IMG/VR virus record: IMGVR_UViG_2531839468_000008
Location: 1-23,301 of that record
Reading direction: 5' to 3' (one strand)
DNA: 23,301 nucleotides
Source of the DNA: a virus
Taxonomy: Duplodnaviria; Heunggongvirae; Uroviricota; Caudoviricetes
Below the pieces are notes generated by a model that saw nothing but the letters and a program-made list of their open reading frames with translations, ran no database searches and was not told the origin of the DNA. Each line of letters opens with the position of its first letter. Position 1 is the first letter of the stretch. Shown here in pieces: positions 9,143 to 16,063 of the stretch. The translations under genes were made by a program, and so were the position numbers.

Positions 9143-9613
9143 ATGAAGGATGGTGCGCTGCTCAGGAGTTCTTCACTTTTTATTGCCTACATGGGATGCC
9201 TTGGATGGGGGAGTGCTTATTTCTATGGATGGGGTACTTCTTTTTACTACGGCTTCCCATGGTGGATTGTAGGTGCAGGTGTTGATGATGTTGCCAGAAG
9301 TTTATTTTTTGCAGTTATCGTCATTGCTATATTTCTTATCGGTTGGGGTATTGGTGTTGTATTCTTTTTCGCAGTGAAAAGAAAACATTCTATGCAAGAG
9401 CTAAATGTATTTCGCCTTTATTTTGCTGTGGAATTATTGTTTGTGCCGGCAATTATTGAGTTTTCTATATTGAGACAGAAGATTCAGGTACCTCTTTTGC
9501 TACTGTCAGCAGCGATTGCGCTGGCAGTTACAATTTCGATAAGATCTTATGGGCGATTTTTATCGGTATCATGCTTCTATGATAAGCCATTTATAAAAAA
9601 CATTTTTTTGTAG
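9143..9613 (+). CDS. Predicted multi-pass membrane protein of unknown function (Trp/Tyr/Gly/Phe-rich), in an AT-rich island
   Basis: ORF with SD-like GGGGTGG 4 nt upstream of the ATG at 9143; three to four hydrophobic segments (e.g. FFAVIVIAIFLIGWGIGVVFFFAV). The reading frame may continue past 9613 if a homopolymer length is wrong (see findings). Confidence 0.5.
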   Translation: MKDGALLRSSSLFIAYMGCLGWGSAYFYGWGTSFYYGFPWWIVGAGVDDVARSLFFAVIVIAIFLIGWGIGVVFFFAVKRKHSMQELNVFRLYFAVELLFVPAIIEFSILRQKIQVPLLLLSAAIALAVTISIRSYGRFLSVSCFYDKPFIKNIFL

Positions 9614-10288
9614 ATTGTGATGATTGCTTTTGTGGCATATTTCTGGCTTTTTCATTTCTGACAGGATATTACAAACCGCAGTTTAAGAAAGAATATGAAA
9701 TGATTAATTATAATGATGGTTGGTATTATGTTCTTGCTCGTTATGATAATTGTCTGGTTTTGTCTACTTCTTTCAATGCAGGTAGTAAAAGGTTTGTCAT
9801 TTATCAATCAGCACAAGATAAGAATCTTCAGGTTGATATTGTAAGGACCAGAATTTAATCGGCTGCATAAATAATATTTTAAGTTGCAAGTTGGCTATTC
9901 GTAGGAATAGAACCTTAGGCATGCTGAATGCGTTTTCTGAACATTGTTTTATAAACTGTGTCTGCTTGCTGTTGTGATCCTGCTTTTAGTGATGGTGATG
10001 ATGGATTTCACCAGCAGGATAATGTTGGTACTGACTGATGGCGCTCTGGTCTGCGGCATTGTGGTATTGCTGTGGCCGATGATGAAAGAACAGAATGAAT
10101 AATTCTTGACTTTTTTGTTTACTGTTTATTAAAAAATCAACCGCATGGTGAATCCTCCTTGGAGGGGCTAAATGATCGAGTTTTAAGGGCACGTAGCGAG
10201 TTCTGTTTGATCATTGCAGAACTTAGCGGGAGGCGCCATGCGTACATCACTAATGTTATTTCCTTCTATCATTTTCCTTGTGAGTTCT

Positions 10289-10315
10289 GGCTGCGCATGG
10301 CGCGGCCTTTTTTTT
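10289..10315 (+). terminator. Intrinsic terminator upstream of the nanS-like gene
   Basis: 8-bp stem GGCTGCGC / GCGCGGCC (one G·U pair) with a 3-nt loop, followed by eight T residues (10308-10315). Confidence 0.65.
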
Positions 10316-10401
10316 ATGACCTGCCACTGGCAGATGGTCATCCTGTGATTTGATTCCGGTTCCGGCTTTTTAACTCTGTTCCTGTACACGGGAGAAATTC
10401 G

Positions 10402-12339
10402 ATGTCGATTAAACATTATGATGTTGTCAGGGCGGCGTCGCCGTCAGATCTTGCGGAAAAGCTGACACACAAACTGAAAGAGGGCTGGCAGCCGTTTGGT
10501 AGTCCTGTGGCCATAACCCCTTATACCCTGATGCAGGCGATTGCCGCGGAGGGGGATGTGACCACGCCAGTGGTTGTGCCCGGCACGGGGGATGGTGGCT
10601 ATCCGGGAGTGGTCACCACGGAGCCAGATTATTACTACGTTATTCCACTGGCCGGGCAGTCGAACGGCATGGCTTACGGTGAGGGGCTTCCTCTGCCGCA
10701 GACATATGACCGTCCTGACCCGCGTATAAAGCAACTGGCTCGTCGCAGCACAGTGACGCCGGATGGCGCTCCCTGTAAATATAACGACATTATTCCGGCA
10801 GACCACTGTCTGCATGATGTACAGGACATGAGCCGTCTTAACCATCCGAAAGCTGACCTGTCGAAAGGTCAGTACGGAACCGTGGGGCAGGGGCTGCATA
10901 TTGCCAAAAAGCTGCTGCCGTTTATACCGGCGAATGCGGGTATTCTTCTGGTTCCGTGCTGCCGTGGTGGTTCAGCTTTCACCACCGGGGCAGATGGAAC
11001 ATACAGTGACGTGACCGGTGCCTCAGAGAGTTCTACCCGCTGGGGTGTGGGCAGGCCGCTGTATAAGGATCTCATCGGTCGTACAAAAGCCGCGCTGGCA
11101 AAGAACCCGAAAAATGTGCTGCTTGCCGTGGTGTGGATGCAGGGGGAATTTGACTTTGACGGAACGCCAGCAAATCACACAGCCCGTTTTACAGAAGTAG
11201 TGGAACAATATCGTACGGACCTTGCAGATATGGTGGGACAGTGCGCTGGTGGTTCTGCTGACGGTGTTCCCTGGATATGTGGAGACACAACTTATTTCTG
11301 GAAGCAGAAGAGCGAATCCACTTACCAGACGGTGTACGGCAGTTACAAAAACAAAACGGAAAAGAATATTCACTTTGTGCCGTTCATGACCGATGAGAAC
11401 GGAGCAAATGTCCCGACGAACAAACCGGAAGAAGACCCGGATATTCCGGCATCAGGATATTACGGTGCGGCCTCCCGGACGTCGGCAAACTGGACGTCAG
11501 CAGACCGTGCGAGCCATTTCAGCTCATGGGCACGCAGGGGGATTATTTCTGACCGTCTTGCCTCAGCGATTCTTCTCCATGCAGGACGGACGGCTGAACT
11601 GGTGGGTGGGGAACAGGTTGTGATGCCGCCGGATGAGAAGCCGTCACCGGACACACCATCAACACCGTCAACGGACGGGAAATCAGTGACAACGCTGCTT
11701 TATTACCGTGCAACAGAGTCAGGTGGTTTACTGAATCCGCAGGGATGGGGAGCTGAAGGAGGGCGTGCATTGGTAGTTGATGATGCAGGTGCTGCAGGAG
11801 GTAAGGCGCTGAGGTGGACCAAACAGACAGGAAGTTCCTCGTGGTTTATGCAGCATGATGTCGGTAATGGCGCAGACCTGCTGGAGAAGGGCGGGCTTAT
11901 CAGTTGTCGTTTTAAAGTTGATGGCACACTGACAGCTAATCAGTACGCACTGGCGCTGTACTGGCCGGTTTCTTCACTGCCTCAGGGCGTCACACTGGAA
12001 GGTAATGCCGGTCATAACCTGCTGGCGTCGTTTTACGTACAGAGCGATGCCACAGACCTTAATGTGATGTACCACAAGGGAAATGCTGGTCAGAACACGA
12101 AGCTGGGGTCATTCGGCGCATTTGATAACGAATGGCATACGCTGGGCTTCCGTTTTGCCGGTAACAACAGTATTGAGGTGACGCCGGTCATTGATGGTAA
12201 GGACGGGACGCCGTTCATGCTGTCACAGTCACCGGTCGGCACGTTTACGGCAGACAAATTGCGCGTGACCGATATCACTAGCGGTGCGACATATCCGGTG
12301 CTGATTGAAAGTATAACAGTGGAAGTGAATAACCCGTAA
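10402..12339 (+). CDS. nanS: Prophage NanS-like sialate O-acetylesterase (N-terminal DUF1737-like domain plus SGNH/SASA hydrolase domain), 645 aa
   Basis: Translation begins MSIKHYDVVRAASPSDLAEKLTHKLKEGWQPFGSPVAITPYTLMQAIAA…, the conserved N terminus of prophage NanS-p proteins; SD GGGAG is upstream of the ATG. Size and position (between Q and the lysis genes) agree with that family. Confidence 0.8.
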   Translation: MSIKHYDVVRAASPSDLAEKLTHKLKEGWQPFGSPVAITPYTLMQAIAAEGDVTTPVVVPGTGDGGYPGVVTTEPDYYYVIPLAGQSNGMAYGEGLPLPQTYDRPDPRIKQLARRSTVTPDGAPCKYNDIIPADHCLHDVQDMSRLNHPKADLSKGQYGTVGQGLHIAKKLLPFIPANAGILLVPCCRGGSAFTTGADGTYSDVTGASESSTRWGVGRPLYKDLIGRTKAALAKNPKNVLLAVVWMQGEFDFDGTPANHTARFTEVVEQYRTDLADMVGQCAGGSADGVPWICGDTTYFWKQKSESTYQTVYGSYKNKTEKNIHFVPFMTDENGANVPTNKPEEDPDIPASGYYGAASRTSANWTSADRASHFSSWARRGIISDRLASAILLHAGRTAELVGGEQVVMPPDEKPSPDTPSTPSTDGKSVTTLLYYRATESGGLLNPQGWGAEGGRALVVDDAGAAGGKALRWTKQTGSSSWFMQHDVGNGADLLEKGGLISCRFKVDGTLTANQYALALYWPVSSLPQGVTLEGNAGHNLLASFYVQSDATDLNVMYHKGNAGQNTKLGSFGAFDNEWHTLGFRFAGNNSIEVTPVIDGKDGTPFMLSQSPVGTFTADKLRVTDITSGATYPVLIESITVEVNNP

Positions 12340-12486
12340 GCAGGAAAAAAAGGCCGCCGGGGCAGGGAAAACAAGGAGCCAGAACCGGCGGCAAATGTCG
12401 TTATATCCAAAGCAAAACATGCAGGACACTTTTTTAACCAACAGGTATTAACGATGTCAACACCATATCAATAACCGGGAGGGATA

Positions 12487-12669
12487 ATGAGATTTGTACA
12501 GCTTATTTTATTGTATTTCTGCACGGTGGTGTGCACGTTATATCTGGTAAGTGGCGGGTATAAGGTTATCCGGAACTATATACGCAAAAAGATTGATGCC
12601 GCGGCGGCGGAAAAAATCAGCGCCAGCCAGTCAGCCGGAACAAAACCCGAAGAGCCTCTCATTTCGTAG
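12487..12669 (+). CDS. Small single-pass membrane protein (60 aa), hypothetical
   Basis: Strong SD GGGAGGG at 12477-12483 before the ATG at 12487; N-terminal hydrophobic helix LILLYFCTVVCTLYLV followed by a basic segment. Confidence 0.4.
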   Translation: MRFVQLILLYFCTVVCTLYLVSGGYKVIRNYIRKKIDAAAAEKISASQSAGTKPEEPLIS

Positions 12670-12706
12670 CAACTTTCTTAACAACACCTTTCAACGAGAA
12701 AATCCT

Positions 12707-12976
12707 ATGTCAGAAATAAAATCTCTGGTCACTGCTGAAGCAGTGAAGGACGTCCTGCGCTCTGAAGAAGTCAGAAGCGCACTGAAACAGCAACTCCGCC
12801 AGAATCTTGAGGCGCGTCTTGATGCTGAAGTGGATGCCATTCTGGATGAGCTGCTGGGGGGACCGGCTGCTCCTGAGCCTGAAGACGGCGCGGGTGACAG
12901 TGCTGTTTCAGATGGCGTTGTGTCTCAGCCTGACGGTAGCAGTGAGCCTCAGCCTGGCGGCGAAATGATGATGTAA
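12707..12976 (+). CDS. Hypothetical acidic protein (89 aa)
   Basis: Internal ATG of ORF-track ORF 12551-12976; translation MSEIKSLVTAEAVKDVLRSEEVRSALKQQLRQNLEARLDAEVDAILDELLGG…; the upstream part of the ORF-track ORF overlaps the preceding small gene. Confidence 0.45.
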   Translation: MSEIKSLVTAEAVKDVLRSEEVRSALKQQLRQNLEARLDAEVDAILDELLGGPAAPEPEDGAGDSAVSDGVVSQPDGSSEPQPGGEMMM

Positions 12977-13051
12977 CCATACGCAGGGGCTGTCGGTGTG
13001 AGCTGATGCCCCTCCTGTTGTTGTGAGCTTCCGGATTGCGGGAGACGGGGT

Positions 13052-13267
13052 ATGTACCAGATGGAAAAAATAACAACGGGTGTGTCATACACCACGTCAG
13101 CGGTGGGGACGGGATACTGGCTACTGCAGTTGCTGGACAAAGTCTCCCCATCCCAGTGGGTGGCAATAGGCGTATTGGGTAGCCTGGTGTTTGGCTTGCT
13201 GACGTATCTGACAAACCTTTATTTCAAGATTAAAGAAGATAAGCGTAAGGCTGCGAGAGGTGAATAA
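13052..13267 (+). CDS. S: Pinholin S (phage 21 S21 type) with dual-start motif (Met1 and Met4)
   Basis: Translation [71 protein letters not shown] matches phage 21 S along its length; two in-frame starts at 13052 and 13061. Confidence 0.9.
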   Translation: MYQMEKITTGVSYTTSAVGTGYWLLQLLDKVSPSQWVAIGVLGSLVFGLLTYLTNLYFKIKEDKRKAARGE

Positions 13268-13764
13268 TGTCGCCATCATTACGCAAGGCTGTTGCTGCTG
13301 CTATTGGTGGTGGGGCTGTTGCCATAGCGTCTGTGCTCATCACTGGTCCGAGTGGTGACGATGGCCTGGAAGGTGTCAGCTACATACCATACGAAGATAT
13401 CGTTGGCGTATGGACTGTATGTCACGGACACACCGGAAAAGACATCATTCCCGGTAAAACGTATACCGAAGCAGAATGCAAAGCCCTCCTGAATAAAGAC
13501 CTTGCCATGGTCGCCAGACAAATTAACCCGTACATCAAAGTCGATATACCGGAAACAACGCGCGGCGCTCTTTACTCGTTCGTTTACAACGTGGGCGCTG
13601 GTAATTTCAGAACATCGACGCTTCTTCGCAAAATAAACCAGGGTGATATCAAAGGCGCATGTGACCAGCTACGTCGCTGGACATACGCTGGCGGTAAGCA
13701 ATGGAAAGGGCTGATGACCCGTCGTGATATTGAGCGTGAAGTCTGTTTGTGGGGGCAGCAATGA
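13267..13764 (+). CDS. R: SAR endolysin R (lysozyme with N-terminal signal-anchor-release domain, phage 21 type)
   Basis: Translation [60 protein letters not shown]…; Gly/Ala-rich SAR helix followed by the lysozyme catalytic region. Start overlaps the S stop (TAATG). Confidence 0.9.
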   Translation: MSPSLRKAVAAAIGGGAVAIASVLITGPSGDDGLEGVSYIPYEDIVGVWTVCHGHTGKDIIPGKTYTEAECKALLNKDLAMVARQINPYIKVDIPETTRGALYSFVYNVGAGNFRTSTLLRKINQGDIKGACDQLRRWTYAGGKQWKGLMTRRDIEREVCLWGQQ

Positions 13765-14228
13765 GCAGGGTAACCGCGATTATCTCCGCTCTGGTTATTT
13801 GCATCATCGTCTGCCTGTCATGGGCTGTTAATCATTACCGTGATAACGCCATCGCCTACAAAGAGCAGCGCGACAAAAACGCCAGAGAGCTGAAGCAGGC
13901 GACCGCCACCATTACTGACATGCAGAAGCGCCAGCGTGCTGCTGATGCACTCGATGCTAAATACACGAAGGAGTTAGCCAATGCGAAAGCTGAAAATGAT
14001 GCTCTTCGGCGTAAGCTTGATAATGGTGGTCGGGTGCTCGTCAAAGGAAAATGCTCTGTGCCATCCTCAGCCGAAACCTCCAGCGCCTCCGGCATGGGCA
14101 ATGATGCCACCGTCGAACTCTCTTCAGTTGCTGGACGAAACGTTCTCGGTATCCGGGACGGAATTATCCGTGACCAAACAGCACTGAGAACGCTTCAGGA
14201 GTACATCAGGACGCAATGCCTGAAATAA
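13761..14228 (+). CDS. Rz: Spanin inner-membrane subunit Rz
   Basis: Translation [45 protein letters not shown]…, lambda Rz-like N terminus; start overlaps the R stop (ATGA). Confidence 0.85.
   Translation: MSRVTAIISALVICIIVCLSWAVNHYRDNAIAYKEQRDKNARELKQATATITDMQKRQRAADALDAKYTKELANAKAENDALRRKLDNGGRVLVKGKCSVPSSAETSSASGMGNDATVELSSVAGRNVLGIRDGIIRDQTALRTLQEYIRTQCLK
13981..14187 (+). CDS. Rz1: Spanin outer-membrane lipoprotein Rz1, embedded in the +1 frame of Rz
   Basis: Translation [44 protein letters not shown]…; lipobox MVVGC and a proline-rich mature part, entirely inside Rz. Confidence 0.8.
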   Translation: MRKLKMMLFGVSLIMVVGCSSKENALCHPQPKPPAPPAWAMMPPSNSLQLLDETFSVSGTELSVTKQH

Positions 14229-14259
14229 TTTTTTTGCAAATCACAAAGTCAATTTAATG

Positions 14260-14286
14260 AGCCTCGCGATGCGGGGCTTTTTTATG
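14260..14286 (+). terminator. Intrinsic terminator after the lysis cassette
   Basis: 8-bp stem AGCCTCGC / GCGGGGCT (one G·U pair) with a GAT loop, followed by TTTTTTAT. Confidence 0.6.
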
Positions 14287-14426
14287 TCCGCAGTAAACGC
14301 GCATCTCACGCGCATATTAACGAGAGCCTTTCAGTAAGCGAGCCTGAGAAATGCCGTTATAGGTGGCGACCTCTCTCGGGCGGCTTTTCTGTGAGACAGG
14401 CTCACTTTCTAAAAGGTAAAGACGCT

Positions 14427-14951
14427 ATGAATAATCATTCAGTTATTCCAGCCTTCGACTTCCGAGAAATGGTGCAAGCCAAAAACGGAGAGGTCGTTAC
14501 CACATCCAGAAAAATTGCCAAGTACTTCGGCAAGCGACACGGTGATGTTCTCAGGAAAATCGAGCAGGTTAAGGTTGATTGCTCGCGTGAGTTTAGCCAA
14601 CGCAATTTTGCGTCGGCTGATTATATCGATGAGCAGGGCAAGGTTCGCCCGATGTACAGCCTGACGAAAGATGGCTGGATCATGGTTGTGATGGGGTTCA
14701 CCGGGAAAGCTGCTGCGGCAATCAAGGAGAGCTATATCGCAGCATTCAACTGGATGGCAGAGCAACTGAGCCGCCGCATGGCAATTGGCGAAGAAATGCA
14801 GCACCGCTACGCCATCAAAGAAACACGCTCAAAGCTGAAAGGTACGATCGGCAGTCGGTTAATGAACGAACGGAAGAGAGAGAAGCGTGTCCTGGCTGTC
14901 GAGCATGAATACATTTTGCAGGTGACACAGCCTGAACTGCTGATTAATTGA
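14427..14951 (+). CDS. rha: Rha-family phage regulatory protein
   Basis: Translation MNNHSVIPAFDFREMVQAKNGEVVTTSRKIAKYFGKRHGDVLRKIEQ…; the FGKRH(D/G)xVLR motif is typical of the Phage_pRha domain. Start is internal to ORF-track ORF 14391-14951. Confidence 0.8.
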   Translation: MNNHSVIPAFDFREMVQAKNGEVVTTSRKIAKYFGKRHGDVLRKIEQVKVDCSREFSQRNFASADYIDEQGKVRPMYSLTKDGWIMVVMGFTGKAAAAIKESYIAAFNWMAEQLSRRMAIGEEMQHRYAIKETRSKLKGTIGSRLMNERKREKRVLAVEHEYILQVTQPELLIN

Positions 14952-15328
14952 AGATGTCATTACAAAGCCTATCTACGGGTGGGCTTGATAATGGCTTATA
15001 CCCTGCACGGGATAACTTAACTGATATCCCTTTTAACGGATAAAGGTATTCAGGCCTGACACATCATGCGCTGTATCGTCGCCGTATTCCCGCATTAACC
15101 ATGACCGTAGCCCGACGGGGAACTCCTCTGCGCGAGTGTGCGGGAATAATCAAAAACGATGCACACCGGGTTTTTACCGCGCTAATGATTCGCGGGTTTG
15201 TCCCTCATGCTCGCCAGTCTTGTGCGAGGGTGGAAGAAACAGGGCATGTATTCAGGAGCGTGCGACCGTGGTCGCACGACGCTGGTCTGTCAGACATTGA
15301 ATTCATTGCGAATAAACCAGAACGCTTG

Positions 15329-15520
15329 CGGGTCCTTTCCGGCAATCCGACAGGTTACGGGGCGGCGACCTCGCGGGTTTTCGCTATTTATGAAAATTTT
15401 CCGGGAACCATGTCCGGTTTCTCTTCAAGTTAACTATATGAAAAATATAAAAACAGGTCTTCTGTGAACCGGACATGCACAAAAAATAGACATGTAAGCC
15501 GGACATGACCGGTTTTGTTG
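15329..15520. other. cos region: cosQ-like segment, cosN (12-nt cohesive end GGGCGGCGACCT at 15360-15371) and cosB with three CCGGACATG repeats
   Basis: GGGTCCTTTCCGGCAATCCGACAGGTTACG then GGGCGGCGACCTCGCGGGTTTTCGCTATTTATGAAAATTTTCCGG is the lambda cos junction almost base for base; downstream repeats at 15409-15417 (inverted), 15469-15477 and 15499-15507 with an AT-rich stretch between the first two. Confidence 0.85.
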
Positions 15521-15554
15521 TGATTGTGAGGTGAGAGTTTTTGCGAGGTGAGGA

Positions 15555-16063
15555 GTGGCTACGCAGACTGAAGTTGCCAGGCATTTAAGTCTGACCGATC
15601 GCCAGCTTCGCAGATTGCAGAAATTGCCGGGTGCCCCGATATCAAATAAGCGAGGGCAACTGGATCTGGATGCCTGGCGCGATTTTTACATATCGTATCT
15701 GAGGAGAAGTAAAAACGATGTGCCTGATTGGCGATAGCGAAGACGACTATGAGGAAAAATTGCTTATTGCCAGATGGGAACTGACAGCAGAACAGGCTGT
15801 TACACAGCAGTTAAAAATGAGGTGTCAAAGGAAAACTTATTGACACCGGGTTCTGTATTTTTGCCCTCAGTAAGCTGGCAATGGCGTTATCCAGTACGCT
15901 TGATTCCATCCCTTTATCCATGCAACGACAGTTTCCTGATTTAACACCGCGCCATCTTGACCATCTGAAAACCCTTATTGCGAAGGGGGCAAATCAGTGT
16001 GCGCGGGCGGGGGATAAATTACCGGATTTACTCGATGAATATATCAGAGCAACAACTGAATAA
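15555..16063 (+). pseudogene. nu1: Terminase small subunit Nu1, reading frame changes twice (or read errors)
   Basis: N-terminal part in ORF 15555-15737 (GTG start, HTH-like); C-terminal part in ORF 15881-16063 (…LSKLAMALSSTLDSIPLSMQRQFPDLTPRHLDHLK…, parallel to lambda Nu1 …LSRIAGEIASILDGLPLSVQRRFPELENRHVDFLK…). The middle segment is readable only in the third frame; shifts lie near A-runs at 15711-15715 and 15827-15835. Confidence 0.75.

Noticed and set aside
9986-10192. Minus-strand ORF of 68 aa ending in a His-rich tail
   Set aside because: No start context; the His run is simply the reverse complement of repeated ATG/GTG codons at the start of the plus-strand small peptide ORF.
10238-10348. 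36-aa ORF with a strong SD (GGGAGG) and a lipoprotein-like signal sequence (…FLVSSGC…)
   Set aside because: The intrinsic terminator at 10289-10315 lies inside it, so a full-length message is unlikely. It may be a remnant or a leader peptide, and the ORF-track alternative at 10159-10353 is in a different frame with a TTG start.
8864-10400. tRNA genes and stx genes, expected at this position in Stx-type lambdoid phages
   Set aside because: I looked for T-loop-like GGTTCGA motifs and cloverleaf-sized GC-rich segments and for long ORFs; none are present, and the only sizeable ORF is the membrane protein.
12352-12392. Inverted repeat GGCCGCCGG…CCGGCGGC after nanS, preceded by an A-run
   Set aside because: The loop is about 24 nt and no T-run follows on the plus strand; it would resemble a terminator only for minus-strand transcription, which nothing here supports.
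10444-12441. Multiple ORFs on both strands inside the nanS-like gene
   Set aside because: All are nested within the 645-aa esterase frame, which has an SD, family-typical N terminus and expected length.
15258-15283. Strong hairpin GCGTGCGACC…GGTCGCACG upstream of cosQ
   Set aside because: No T-run follows and it sits in a conserved lambda-like non-coding block; probably structural, with no evidence for a discrete function.
15101-15467. Plus-strand ORFs of 110 and 89 aa spanning cosQ/cosN
   Set aside because: They run across the cos site and a block of non-coding sequence conserved with lambda; no SD, and position is incompatible with cos function.
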